Source: Squalus acanthias
Lineage: Eukaryota
Direction of reading: 5' to 3'
DNA length: 64,000 nucleotides
Assembly (NCBI GenBank): GCA_030390025.1
Contig: CM059432.1
Coordinates: forward strand, 59,832,001 to 59,896,000
A model generated the notes under the pieces. That model saw only the letters and a program-made list of their open reading frames with translations. It was not told the DNA's origin and did not search any database. A program made the position numbers and the translations under genes. This document shows positions 1-12,700 of this stretch, in pieces (position 1 is the first letter of the stretch; every line of letters starts with the position of its first letter).

Positions 1-593
1 AGGCTAGCACAGGTACCAGCTCCCCAGAGGGCAAGGTCGCACATGAGTTCAGCTGTACAGGACTCAGATGAGGACTTCGATGGGGCAGCCTACAGAAGAA
101 TGCTGATAGGTATGCACAACGAAATGCTTGGTGCATGGGCAAGCCGGCCAGAAAGCGTTTACCAGTGTGGAAAGGGGCTTGCAGGGTGTCACAGCAGTCC
201 AGCAATCAGCTCTCCAACAGATTACTAGGATTGCTGAGGCACCGCCCCAGGGGGGCAGTGGCTCCGTGGAGCATGAACCTGCTGTCCTCTCAGGATAACA
301 GCATTCGTACTCCCACCACTGTCACTCCGCCAGTGCCTTTGCTATTGCTTGTCAGTCAGCCAGCCCAGACTGTGGCCGCGCATTCTGAGGTGGTGCAGTC
401 TACAGCCGGGCCTTCTAGGTCCAGAGCTGCTCAAGGTCATCCTGCAAGGCCATCTGCAGTCTCGTCCACTGAAAGTCAGCAGCCTTCCACCATCCATGCT
501 GCAGCCACTGGGATAGCACTTTGTAGGAGCACTAGGACAGGCAAAGTCACCCGCAAGGCAGGTACTAAGGGAATGCACAAGGTGATTTGTTGA
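1..593 (+). pseudogene. 3' part of the Harbinger Myb/SANT partner gene (frameshifted)
   Basis: DSDEDFDGAA...QPAQT...AGPSRSRA...CRSTR matches the minus-strand partner gene at 47790-48680. Confidence 0.65.
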
Positions 594-758
594 CTTCGTT
601 ATGTAATATTGGATGAATTGATGCACAAAGTTGGTTTGGAATGTTTCTTTTGTAGTGGATTTTATTTCAGCATTGTGGCCAAGTAGACGCTGTGATGGTC
701 AGTAACAGAGTGAAGGTAAGGTGTGGGACTGTTGGTGAATGTGGAATTGGGGTTGCGT

Positions 759-1919
759 TTACTGGTACCGCAGTCAGATAAGTCGATCATGGACAGCCCG
801 GGCAGAAAGGGGCTTTCTGGGTTGCCTCCTCCCTTTCCACTTCCTCTTCTTCCACTTCCTTCTACTCTTCTTCCTCATTCTCCTCTTCCTCCTCCTCCTC
901 CTCCTCCTCAGCTGGATGCTGTATGCCTGGTGGCAAGGACTCTGCCCTCATGATGGCGAAGTTGTGGAGCATGCAGCAGACCACGATAAATCTTGAGACG
1001 TGCTCTGACGAGTACTGCAGGGCTCCTCTAGAGTGGTCCAGGCAGCGGAAGCATTGTTTAAGGACGCCAATGGTCTGCTCTATCAGACCACATGCTGCCC
1101 ACGTCTGATTGGGTTCTGGAGTAGAGTCATGAGCCAGGTGGTCATTGGATAGCCCTTGTCTCCCAGTAGCCACCCTCTAGTTTGTCATGGTGGCTCAAAG
1201 ACTGAGGGAACAACGGACTGACGCAGAATGAAGGCATCATAGCTGCTGCCAGGATACCGGGCAATCACCATCATGATGTACTAAGCATGGTCGCACACCA
1301 AGTGCACATTCAGCGAGTGGTAATCTTTGCGGTTCCGGTACATCTCAGCATTTAGATGTAGCGCCCGCAAAGCCTCGTGTGTGCAGTCGATGGCGCCCTA
1401 CACCATGAGGAAGCCCGCTATCCTGGCAAAGCTACGTGCACGTTCTGTCTGCTTCTCTCTGGTCAAAGAGAAGACAATGACGTCCTCTCTCCTGGCATAA
1501 AGAGCTTCTGTCACCTCTCTTATGCAGCAGTGGACTGCGAACTGGGAGATGTTACAGATGATGCCTGCTCCAGCCTGGAAGGATTCCGACGCGAGGAAAT
1601 TCAGGGCCACGGTCACCTTCACAGCCACTGGTAGCGCTTTCCTTGCCCTGGTGTGAGGCTGCAGGTCTGGTTGCAAGAGGTGGCAGAATTCTGTGAGCAC
1701 CTCCTTCGTAAAGTGCAGAGGCCTCACACACTGCTCTTGGTTCAGGTTGAAGTGAGAGAATTGCTCTCAGAAGACCCTAAATGGGTAAGGCCACCTGCTG
1801 AAAGCCCTCTCCCCCCTCCTCCTCCTCCCTCTGCGAGCAGCTTGTCCTCTTCTTCGCCTTCTCTGCTCCATCTCCCTGTCATGCTGCAGGCCAAGGGGGA
1901 TGACAACTAGAGCATCCAT
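759..1919 (-). pseudogene. Harbinger (HARBI1-like) DDE transposase, disrupted
   Basis: ALPVAVKVTVALNFLASESFQ...[47 protein letters not shown] and an acidic tail; stops and frameshifts present. Confidence 0.9.
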
Positions 1920-2422
1920 GACTGGGAGCAAATGGTCTGACCCTTGAATTCAGAAGCAAGGCCTTCTCCACTTGCAGCACCACTCCCTGTCACCTCACCA
2001 ACTTTAAATAACTCTAGAAAGCTCCAAACAGTTCCACAAACTTACGCAGAACCAGTAGAAATTAATCAGTAACTACCCTTCGAGTGGTTGCTGATCCCTT
2101 TAAACATCGCTGGTGGGGGGATCCTTGCTGCTGCTGAACACATGTTCAGCTGTGCGAGGTTAAGACGGGGCTTTTAGCGCCAGCGTTGAGGATGAAATGG
2201 CAGCGCTGGCACCAAATCAGCATTGCTGATTGGTGTCATGATCAGCCTATTCTACATACTTCATCCGCACACACCTACCGCCTGCCCTACCGCTCTCACC
2301 AAGGTGGCGTCTGGCGCGACATGCACCGGAAGTGTGCGCGCATCGTGCGAATGTCATTTTCATCACAAAACAGCATCCGTAGCGCCAAAAAATCAGGCGC
2401 TACGGAGCCGAATTTCTAGCCC

Positions 2423-3520
2423 TACGTAGTGTTTATGGATTTTCAAAGATCGTTTGTTATGGTGTCTCACAAGAGGATTGTTAGGGAAATTTGGACATGT
2501 AAGACAAAGTATAGCAGCAATGATAGAAAGTTGGTTGATGGACAGGAAAAATGAGATAGGGTAAATGGATGTTGCTTGGACTGGAGAAAGGTTGGAAGTG
2601 GTGTACCCCAGGGGTCAGTCTTGGGTCCACCTTTTCTCTTGGTATATACTGCTGATATATATTGATGATTTGAACTTGGGTATAAGAAGCATAAACTGAA
2701 ATTTGCTGACAACGGAAAAGTAGGAAGTTTGGCAAACAGTGACAAGGATTGTAAAAAAAATCAGGAAGACAAGACAGTTTAGGGGAATGGGCAGCCAGAT
2801 GAGACATGCGATAAATGTGAGGTATATCTTGAGAGGAAAAACAAGGAATGCAATTATATACTCAATGGAACAACACCAAAGGGTGTGGATGGACAGAGAC
2901 AACTAGGGATTCAAATGTCTAATTTCTTGAAAGGGTAAATGCAGGTAGATAAAACCATAAAAAAAGTCAAAGCATTTTGGGTTTTATAAATAGGGGTATA
3001 GAGTACAAGAGTAAAGGAATAATGATACATTTATACAAAACATTAGTTAGGCCACAGTTAGATGACAGTTTTGGGTTCTCCAGTATAGAAAGGACATTAA
3101 AGCCATAGAGAGTGTACAGCACAGATTCATTAGGATGTTGCCGTGGATGGAAAACTATAGTTATGAGGAGAAGCTTGAGATACTGGGACTAATTGCACTG
3201 GAGCAGATTTAATAGAAATTTTTCAAATTATGGAGGGCTTTGACAGAGTGAATAAGGAAGTCAGTGACAAGGGCGTCATCTGTTTAAAAGAATTACTAAG
3301 AGAGTGAGGAGAACGGTTAGGAGAAATTTCTTTACACAGAGGGTTCTTGGAGTCTGGCGAGCTTTGCCACAGGGAGGAAAATTGGATAAATATTTGAAGC
3401 AAAGAAAGATATAGGGCTATTGGGAGAAAGCAAGGAAGTGGGATTAGTTTTGTATTGATCTGGCAAAGAGCTGGCATAAACAAATGGCTTCCTTCAGTGC
3501 AGTAAACTTCAATGATTCTA
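2423..3520 (+). mobile_element. CR1 LINE, old degraded 3' RT fragment
   Basis: [18 protein letters not shown] and KFAD remnants, GFINRGIEYKS, CR1-type 3' UTR. Confidence 0.8.
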
Positions 3521-3733
3521 CTTTAATGCTATCTGCTAGAGTCCAAGAGAACACCAGAGGGTGATATTATGGAGTATGTCTGTTAAGATACCAGGAAGGC
3601 AATACCTTGGCATTTACCTATCAGAGAACAAAGAGAGCAATATTTTCTTAGTAAAGTGAAAACATAAATTGAAGCACATTTGTTCATCAACAGATTGAAC
3701 AGCAGTGCTATATCTGAAGTGAAGGAACCTTTA

Positions 3734-4442
3734 GGGGGTGAAATTGGGTGCCTTTGCACCTCTCGTTGGGGGGCGCTCACTGGGCGCAAATGGCTTTGTG
3801 ACCGGGCGCGGCGCTATCATCGACTCCCGCCATTTTCAGCTGGAGTTTTGCGGCGGTGCTACGGCGTTGTGTCCCGATCTCCTTCACCCGGAGATCATGA
3901 CATCATCGCCATGCGCATCGCCCCGGACCCGAAATTGACTTCCGCCCCCTGCAGCAGCACCGGGCAAAAACACCGACAGCTGCAGGAGGCGTGCATCGGG
4001 CGGCCGGTCGCTTCAGGGGCGATGATTAAAGGCGAGGTGGCTGAGATAAGTAAAAAAAAACTTACCTTTTTTGTTGCGGTTTTTTCGCGGGTTCCTGCCC
4101 GCGATCGATCAGCGCAGCACTCTGCTTGAGTGCCGGGCTGATCACGCGGGATCGCGGCTGCCTTGGTGGTCCAGGTAGGTACTTTTTCTATTGCAGAGCC
4201 TGCAGCGATGGCCCTTCCCTTTAAGGGAGGGAAGGAGCCTTTGAACGCGGCGGCGCTGCACGGCCCAGTGTGCAGCGCTGTTGAAGTCTCCGCCCCGCCT
4301 ACTGCTTGATTTAGCGCTCCACTTCCTTCCTGGAGCGCAAAACCGAATTTTTTTAAAGTTCTGAAACATTAGCACCTGGCGCTAATTTTCTCAACTTTTA
4401 AAAGTTAGCACCTCAAACGGGGCTATAATGAATTTCTCCCCC
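3734..4442. mobile_element. GC-rich Harbinger-type MITE
   Basis: TIRs GGGGGTGAAATT / AATTTCTCCCCC; TTA duplication at 3731-3733 and 4443-4445. Confidence 0.85.
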
Positions 4443-5301
4443 TTAGTTTCAATGTTCTAATGTAATTTGCAAAATAAGATAAAAATATTTCCACAAAACC
4501 ACTAGTGGAGGGATCTACATGGTCTTCAATACCTTTGAGAAAACGATTGATTCTAATTTTTAAGCAAATCACAAATAGTTCTCAATAATTGGAATAATTT
4601 CTAAATTAAAAGTAAAATAATTAAAGTGATCCATTGGGTTTCCTACAATATAAAGTTATTTGAAAAACTTCATAAAATTATTATTGTTTTTATTTTTCAG
4701 CTGTTTCCTCCACCCTCTTTCCACATAAGTACCAACATACCACTTTGCTCTGCTGCAAGTACAATGGGTAAGTGTGCCACGTGCTTCTTTGGGTACAGAT
4801 TCTTTTGCCCATACTGCTCTCTGACTAGTTCCCAGGACAACAATTTCAGAGTGATATATGCATGTAGTGTTGGAAGGGATGGGAAAGCCATGTAGTTATT
4901 CAGCTGAGAACTGACAAACAATAAAATACAGGCCCCAAAAATCATCAGCCATTCTGGCTTAACCCCACTGGAACAGCTGGAAACCTGTTGAGGAACTGGG
5001 CATACTGGGTCCTGGACGAGCACCGAAGTTTTCTGAATGACCTGTTGGAAGCAGATCCTCTGCCCACCCCAAACATGGTCATCGATGTAGAAGGGGTTGG
5101 GGCTTGGGCCTGGCACTCCTCTGCTGGACTTTCTAGGGCCTCAAACATGACAGACACTCTCGATGTACCTCTGGTAGCATGGGTGCCCATCATTTTCAGG
5201 CAAACTGGGAAAAAGTTTGCTATGGTCAACGGCAAAAGTTACCGGTGGGTACAATCCCAGCGAAGTGCCAGTATTGCTGGCCGACAAATTTTCAGGACCT
5301 A

Positions 5302-6045
5302 GGGGGCGAAATTTGCCTCCTTTGTGCCCGCCGTTAGCACCTCCGGGGGCGCTAATGGGGCGCAAAGGGCTTATTGCCCAGGTGGGGGCGCTAATAGCAC
5401 CTGCCGAGAAATTCGGCGGGGTGCTAGCCGATAACTCCGCACCCCCGCCGGTAGAGCCCTGGCTAGCTGCGCCGGCGGCGGTGACGTCATCACCGAGCAA
5501 CGCGACCCCTTAGCCCCCTGCCACGGCCGAAATTCGGCTGCGCCCAGCAAGGCTGCTGTGGGCGATGTCAGCGACAGCCTCGCGGGTCACGAGCCGGGCC
5601 GCACACCGCTGGCAGGGCGTTAATTAAAGGGGTGGTCTGGCTGCGCCCTGTGCCAATATTTTAATTTTTTTTATTTTTTACCCCTTGCCGTGGTCGCCAT
5701 CACGCTGTCCGGCATCACGTCTCACTGCCGGGCTGCGGCCATGGCACTACGCCATCCTGCTGGGCTAGTGGAGTCCGTCAAACGGCCTACAGAGTGCGTA
5801 GCGGCCCTCCCCTTTGACGGAAGGGGAGGGGGCGCTGAAACGCATCAGCGCTACGCGGAGCGGCCGTGTTTTGCGCCCCACACACCGCCCCGAGAGGAAG
5901 TGGGGCGCCCGAGATGGCGTCCGCTTCTTTTCCGGGGCGGTAAGCCCAATTTAGTGGCTGGGGCGGTACTCCCGCCCTGGGCACTAAATGTGAGGCGCTA
6001 ATTCGGTTACCACCTCCAAACGGGGCGTAACCGAATTTCGCCCCC
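5302..6045. mobile_element. GC-rich Harbinger-type MITE
   Basis: TIRs GGGGGCGAAATT / AATTTCGCCCCC; CTA duplication at 5299-5301 and 6046-6048. Confidence 0.85.
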
Positions 6046-8399
6046 CTAAAGCTAAAAAATTGTAAGTGGTCTAATTGGGACTTGCACCAACTATGATGTG
6101 AGCACTGTTATTCTGTTAGAACTGTTTAAATTGCCACATTTTTGCATGTGTTTTTGGATATATGGGCAAGGTGTTCAAACAAACAAACAAAATAAACAGA
6201 AGAGACTCTAGGCTGCTCTAGAATTTACAGTCAGTTGCGAGTTAGCCAGGCTGCTCACCAGAAGCCATCACTATTACACTCCATTCTGTCAGTTCCCACA
6301 GCAATCTGACTGTTGTCACTCTTCCCTTCTGGTTTTCTCATTCACCTTGATCTTTTCTCTGCTGGAATTCATTCCATCATTTTCCAAGAATATTGCTCTT
6401 CATTCGCATAGCAGATATGGCCTGCTCAGTACAATCTTTTGTTGAAACATTCTCCATAACTGTACATAGGCAACTCTTTTTCTGCTTATATTCCTTCATC
6501 AGGGTCAGCTCTCAGCATAGTACAGAAGTGGCGGCTAGACACTAGCCTATACAGTCTCCTTTTTACATCCTATAGTATGACTTGCATCCTCCAAAGTAAT
6601 TTCTGTACTCCATCAAAAACAATTCCAGCTAGCATAATGCCTCTTTACCTCTTTCTCACATCTTCCTTCATCCAGCTGTTACTTCTACTTTCTCACTAAC
6701 AACACCAACTTTCTTCTGTCTTCGTCATTCTTTACTCTTCCACATGCTATTGGCAAAATCTTGGTCTTTGGGAAGCTAATGTTGATTCCTCCCATTTGTT
6801 CCTTCAGCAACAAGCTCTTTTAGTCATCATAATGGCAGCCAAGGATCCATTGGAAAGGGAATCAAAAATTTGCTTGGGAACCTTGAATAGGCCACCTTTA
6901 GGACAAATAATTTTGAGTAGCAGACTAAAATGATCAGTTTGCTTTGTACCAGGCTTATTCAATGATAAAGCAAAAAAGAGAACAACTGTGATAAGTGATA
7001 AACAAAACTTTCCTTCTGCTCCCAGCCAAACACGTTCCCTTAGAAGCAGAGATGCTCCTCTTAGAAGTTTGTCCAACAGAATCCAAACTTGGTTCCTAAT
7101 AGCAACCAAGCTGGTCCACAAGGAGTGCTGAAAAAGGCACTTACCTTGTGGAACCAACAGTTCCTGCTTCCCTTTCACTGCCGGGTTTCCCGACCCCTGA
7201 GAGACCTGTGCAGCAGCAGTGAATTTTAAATTGGGCTCCCAATTGCACTGTGGGAGCCCAATTTAAATACGTTAATTAAGTGTATCGCCTCTCCGCGGTG
7301 AGACACTTGGACGCCCCGATATCTGTCGCCGTAAAGAAGACAGCGAGCGCGTGTGCGACGGGTTGGGTTCCCTCCGCCCCGATCCTCTCCTACCCGTCCT
7401 GGCGGGGGGTGGGTTAATAACGAGGCCCATGTCTCCTGTTGATGAACTGAACATTGTGTAGTTCCTTGCATGTCCACTGCGTGTTGCTGTTGTGTTTATA
7501 CATTTTAGAGCTGTAATGTTGATGAATCAACAATATAACTAGTCTATCAAGCTAATCTTTTATTATTTCAGACTAATCAAAGCAATTATAGTTATCACTG
7601 ACTAAGACAGATATGTTTTAGTAACACAGTCATGGAAGAATGGTTAACTAGATAAGAACTTTTAAAATGGAAATGTTTCTATTCGTCTGCCTAACAAGAG
7701 CTTCAGTAGAAAGGAAAATTGTCTGTCATCTATAATGGGCGGCCTATCCGATACCGCCAGTTTTCCACCCTGCCGAAGTTGGAAGTTACTCACATTGTGT
7801 GTAAAGTGCTTTGGGACATTTCTGAGAAACAAGATAATAAATGTAGTCCCTTTCTTTCTTTCATTCACTTTGCCATTTCATTTTTAATCATTTCACAAAT
7901 TGAGTAAAGCCTAAGATGTATTAGATACAATGATCATTTCAGCAACCCAAACACTCACACCTCGTGTACACTAAAATGGTGAGACATCTCAATTTGATGA
8001 CTTTGTGTTAGTGTCATAGTAATTTGTTTTGGAAGAGCTTAGTGTCTAATTTTTAATTAAGCATCCAACACATTTTCATTAATACATTTTTAAGTATATT
8101 AAGCTATAATTTGAACATGACCATCTCCCCACATCTAAGCAAATGTTATAGAAGAAGACAGGTTGTATGATTTACAGATCAGATTTGTTAATTTATCACA
8201 ATGATTGTCTACATCCCCTTTCCCAGTTTATCTTAAAGTTCGTTCTCTAGAAGCAGCAAGTCTCCATTATCCTATTCCTGGAATTTCAAACTACAATGTT
8301 TTATTTTCATTAATCTGAAGTTGAGTCTTCTTAGTGCATGTCCCAAAAGAAACACACACACACTATAGGCACCAAAGCTCCTGCAGGCCACAGGAAAAG

Positions 8400-8665
8400 A
8401 TCATGGACTAGGCAATAATTTTAAAATGTGGACATCGAACAGGTCAGTATTCCAAAAATGCCAACATTGTTTACACAACAGTTCAAGAATGCAGATCTTC
8501 GATTGGTTTGGCCTACAGTCTATGAATGCAGATTTTGGATTGGACTGGAGACCAATAATCCAGGAATTAGACTTTGCATTGGACAGCAGTCCAAGAAGGT
8601 AGAGAGATTGTATTGTACCGCAATGCAAAAAAGGCAGAGTGAACAGCAAAGAAAGCAGACCTTGA
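8400..8665 (+). mobile_element. Possible highly degraded RTE-type LINE 3' end
   Basis: Remnants resembling the LRW-GHV motif and the basic C-terminal tail of RTE ORF2; weak. Confidence 0.3.
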
Positions 8666-10348
8666 GTTGGATTAGACAGCAATCTAAGAATGTAGCCTTT
8701 TTACTGAACAGTAGTCCATTAGTGAAGCATGATTTCCAAATCAGTTTTGTTACTTATCACCAACCAGATGACTATAGTCTGTGACAAATGTACCCACACA
8801 TGTATCTACAAAGGCTCAATGGAAATACTGTAAGCTGAACCACTGAGCTATGTGTGGGTATTAAAATATTAAACATTTCTGAAATATCATAAAGTATTAC
8901 CTTTCTTGCATAGGTGGGAGTTGTATCCAGCTGTTAAATCTAGGATCATACCGGCTGACAAAATTAGTACTATGTTTCCCTGTTAAAAAAAGCATCAGTG
9001 AATTAAACACATTCCAGAGCTAAATTACAATATTCTAAGGTACTCAGGGAATTTTAAACAAAAAAATGTTTATTTCCTGTTACATCATGAATATCCCATT
9101 CATTTCCCAGAAATTAGTAAAGAGGTCAGCTGATACACGAAGTACACCAAACTTGACAGAATGATTTCCAGATTTTGATAGCAATTCAGTGTTATTTAGT
9201 ACATTAACATTGATCTCAATGCCTAAGGAATATCTAAGCAGCTAGCAAAAAAACTATACACTCTCCTCTGTGCATTTTACTTTCTAAGATACAAGGCTGT
9301 ATTTTTTTCACTCTAAGTCACAATTTATTAAAGCTGTATTTTGTTGCCTGATGAACACAAGGACAGTGTAACAGTTTCACCTTAGTGTCTGTTTGTAATT
9401 GACAGTCAACCTTCTTTGCTTCTGCTGTGCAATTCTGTTTCTAAATATTGAAAGTTTGTAACTCTTCTGGCTTTTAAACCAGCCAGATCGGATTTTTTTC
9501 TCTCTAGGACAAGTGATGTATTGTGGTGAGTCATAGCCTGAAATTTTCAACCTATAATGTAAAGTTCCCTGAAAGTTCTCCTCACAGGTACTTTCATTTT
9601 AAGCACCAGTAAGTTTTAAAGTGCCAGTGCTTTGCCTCTCTCTCAACCTGCCTAAAGAATGAAGGAAGCTGCTCCCACAGTCGGTACATGATCTGCGAAC
9701 CAACACTTTAAACCAAACTCTCCTTTTAAATAGCACCGGTGACTATACAAGCAGCTGTTACACTAAACAACTGGAAATGTCCTTCACTCTAAGTCAGCCT
9801 GAGAGAGGCAGAACACTAGCACTTCAAATACGTCGCTGATTAAAAATAAAGTTGTGGTGAGGAGAAAAACTGACTGATACTGCAAGGTAAGCGACCCCAC
9901 AACCATCCCGCGATCTTTGACAACTTTTGCCTCACTTAATCATTTGCCACAGAGATGCCAGACTTTCAGATTTTATTTACGTTAAGGTGTGGATAAATGT
10001 AGTTTTAACTATTCCTGTTACCAAAAAATGTTGATACAGCCCTTTTGAAGTGAAGCATGAAGTACGTGTAGTCTGTTCTTACCATTTGGGTTCCATTGGT
10101 CTTCTCCTCCTAGTACAAATAGAAAGTTTTCTACTTCCACAACGCAGTGGTGGGCGCTGTTATAAGGCATTACTGAAATAAAGAGCAAAAAACATCTTCA
10201 CTGCACAGTCTTATTATGGGATCGGTATGGCCCATTATCAGTTTCAGTAACCAGTTAGGTAAGCTTACTGGAGGTATTGCATTGTCGCATTGTGTTTCTC
10301 ACAAAAAAACAAGCAAGGTATTTAGAATGGCTGGGTAATGTCAGATTA

Positions 10349-10768
10349 CAGGAAACTCTCGTTTAAACGGCACCTAAATATCCGGAATTCTCTAATAACC
10401 GGCAAAATTCATACTCCGAAAACAACACCTCAATAACCGGAAATGTTGCTGAGTCCGAGTCCGAGTCTCCCGCGGTGGCCGAGTTAGTCAGTGGGGGTAG
10501 TTCTCCAAACCGCCACTACTCGGCTTCTTGGCACTGTCGGAAGTCTCTTCTGATCCGAACACCTCAATAACTGGAAATGTTGCCGAGTCCGAGTCCATTT
10601 AACACAACATTCTGTGGGGGAGTACCCAATTATACTGCACATTTCTTGATTTTTTAATTTTTGTTTGTTAAAAATAGCCTCGGTTAATATACCTCTCCGT
10701 TATCCGGAATTTTTAATCAACCGGCACCATCCCGGTCCCATCGGTGCCGGATACGAAAGAGTTTCCTG
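10349..10768. mobile_element. Tc1/mariner (pogo/Tigger-like) MITE
   Basis: TA|CAGGAAACTCT...AGAGTTTCCTG|TA; internal direct repeat of about 38 bp (about 10423 and 10558) and repeated CCGG motifs. Confidence 0.8.
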
Positions 10769-10860
10769 TATTATGTTTGATATTCAGAAACATTGTAAAT
10801 GAACAGCTCAGTTACAGAGAATATTTGATGGGATAAGAAAACCTCTGTACAAATAAAAAG

Positions 10861-10975
10861 AAAATGAAAAATAAAACCCTGCAAATGCTGGAAATGTACA
10901 GGTCTGTCAGCATCTGTAAAGAGGAAAGAGATCAACATTTTGTGAGTAGATCTTTTGTCAGACTGGAAACTGGAA
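10861..10975 (-). repeat. Degraded Penelope-type short repeat
   Basis: Similar to 17827-17960 (AAATGCTGGAAAT...CAGCATCTGT...GTCAGA). Confidence 0.55.
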
Positions 10976-11757
10976 AAGAAGCAAACTCCTTAATGCGGCT
11001 GAACAAAATCACGGGGTTTCCGCCAAAGTTACAGCAGTGGAAAAGCGGAAGCTCTGAGGAAATGCCCAGTGATAATCGTCAAAATGTACCCATGAATTAT
11101 CAGGACCAGGGAAAGGGCAGATAAACTAAGCCACAAACATCAAAATGCGCTTTTCTTCAATTTCCAGTGCTGACCGATTCTGTCACCTTGCTTGTAAATT
11201 GATGCCCAGATCTTAGCATGAGCTCAATTTTTAAAGGCCATTTATTTAATCAGGCAGCAAACTATCTTTTCACATTTGGAACTTGGGTTTGAATTCAGCC
11301 TGGACTGATGGGTTGAATACCTTCCCTCTCTCAGATCTACAAAAGTCTCACGTCTAGTTGGCACAAGTCTACAAGTTAAGAGGCTTACTCACAGAGGCCA
11401 TAAGGAAGGCTGCTTTAGGAAATAGAAACATTCACACTAATGCACACTTTGCCGATTTCACTGCCCCTCTTCGTTTGTTACCATCTGCAAATTTGACAGC
11501 TTTGCATTGTGTTTCTGAGACCAGGTCATTTATGTCAATTAGAAACAGCACTGGAGCCAGCATCGAACTCTCGGGAATCCCACTCAGTATTTCCCCCACT
11601 CTGACATAACTCCTTTAACAAGTACACATTTCCCACCCTTCAGGCAGTTTCTTATCCAGTCTTGGGGTTTGCCCTGAATCTCCACAGTTTTGAGTTTAAT
11701 TAACAGCCTTTCAATGTGGAACTTTATTAAAATGCCTTTTAGAAATTTAGGCACACC

Positions 11758-12329
11758 GGGATCGATTTTGAGTTTTGGGCGACCGACCGTTGGAGTAGCC
11801 GGCGGTTGCCCCCACTCGAAGCAGAGAAGCGGCAGTGATTTTGAGCCACGGCCTCATTAACATTGGACTGGCGAGCTGCAGGGTGCCAAAGGGGCATCCC
11901 AATGCTGCTTGCTGGATTGAGGCCTACCAATATAGGGCCAACCCGGCTGGCAGAAAAGTAAGTGCATGGGGGCGGTCGATTGTGATCGTGGAGGAGCAGT
12001 CCCGAAGCACTCCTGCTCCTCCTGGCTCCACAAAAGTGCCAAACTTATTTTGTCTGGGCTTCTTCTCCTCTATCGCCTGTGGAAATGATCAAAACGTGCA
12101 TGACAGCTGCTCATTTTCAACCTAAAATGGCAATCAGGGTCCTATGACCTTGATTTGCATACTGAAATTAGCCTCCCGCCTCAATCAGCAAGGTGCTTTG
12201 GATGGCCAGCGGTAAGCCCCTTTCAAAATGTTACTGATCACATCAACGGGTTAATGCGGATGTACTGACTCCGCTTTAAGGCTATTACCATACTGTTACC
12301 GTCATGTGATACAAGTTAAAATCGACCTA
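11758..12329. mobile_element. Harbinger-type non-autonomous element
   Basis: Ends GGATCGATTTT / AAAATCGACC; GC-rich interior. Confidence 0.5.
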
Positions 12330-12339
12330 CCATGTCATA

Positions 12340-12700
12340 ATGCAATCTACTTGTGTTGTCACGTCCTCAAAGAACTCGAGGAGGTTAGTCAGGCAGTAAC
12401 CTTACCTTCTGAATCCATTCTGACTTCTGTTAACCAGGTTGTTGTTCTATAGGTGATCCTGAAACTTACTCCTGATAATCGAATACATGGAATGGAAGTA
12501 AGCCTAAAGGCTCTGCAGTTGCCCATGTCTGTTTTGCCACCCTTTTTGAATATGGGCACCACATTAGCATGTTTCCAATCTTCTGGTACCTCCCCAGTGC
12601 TCAATGACGCCCTCATAATTATTACAAATCTGTTAGATCTTCTGCAAGGAAACCTGCAGCTAACCTGCAGTAAAGGGTCATCACCCTCAGAGGTTGGCAA
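12340..12700 (-). mobile_element. CR1 LINE ORF2 fragment
   Basis: SLSTGEVPEDWKHANVVPIFKKGGK...LTS motif. Confidence 0.8.

Larger units (their letters stand above)
1..2422. mobile_element. PIF/Harbinger DNA transposon (copy A), left end outside the window
   Basis: Convergent Myb-partner gene 3' end (+) and transposase (-); terminal AATTTCTAGCCC at 2411-2422; colinear with the element at 45377-49981 in opposite orientation. Confidence 0.85.

Noticed and set aside
5141..6001. GC-rich ORFs as genes or a host CpG-island promoter (also 3680-4375 and 57368-57892)
   Set aside because: They lie within TIR-bounded MITEs; the open frames reflect GC content.
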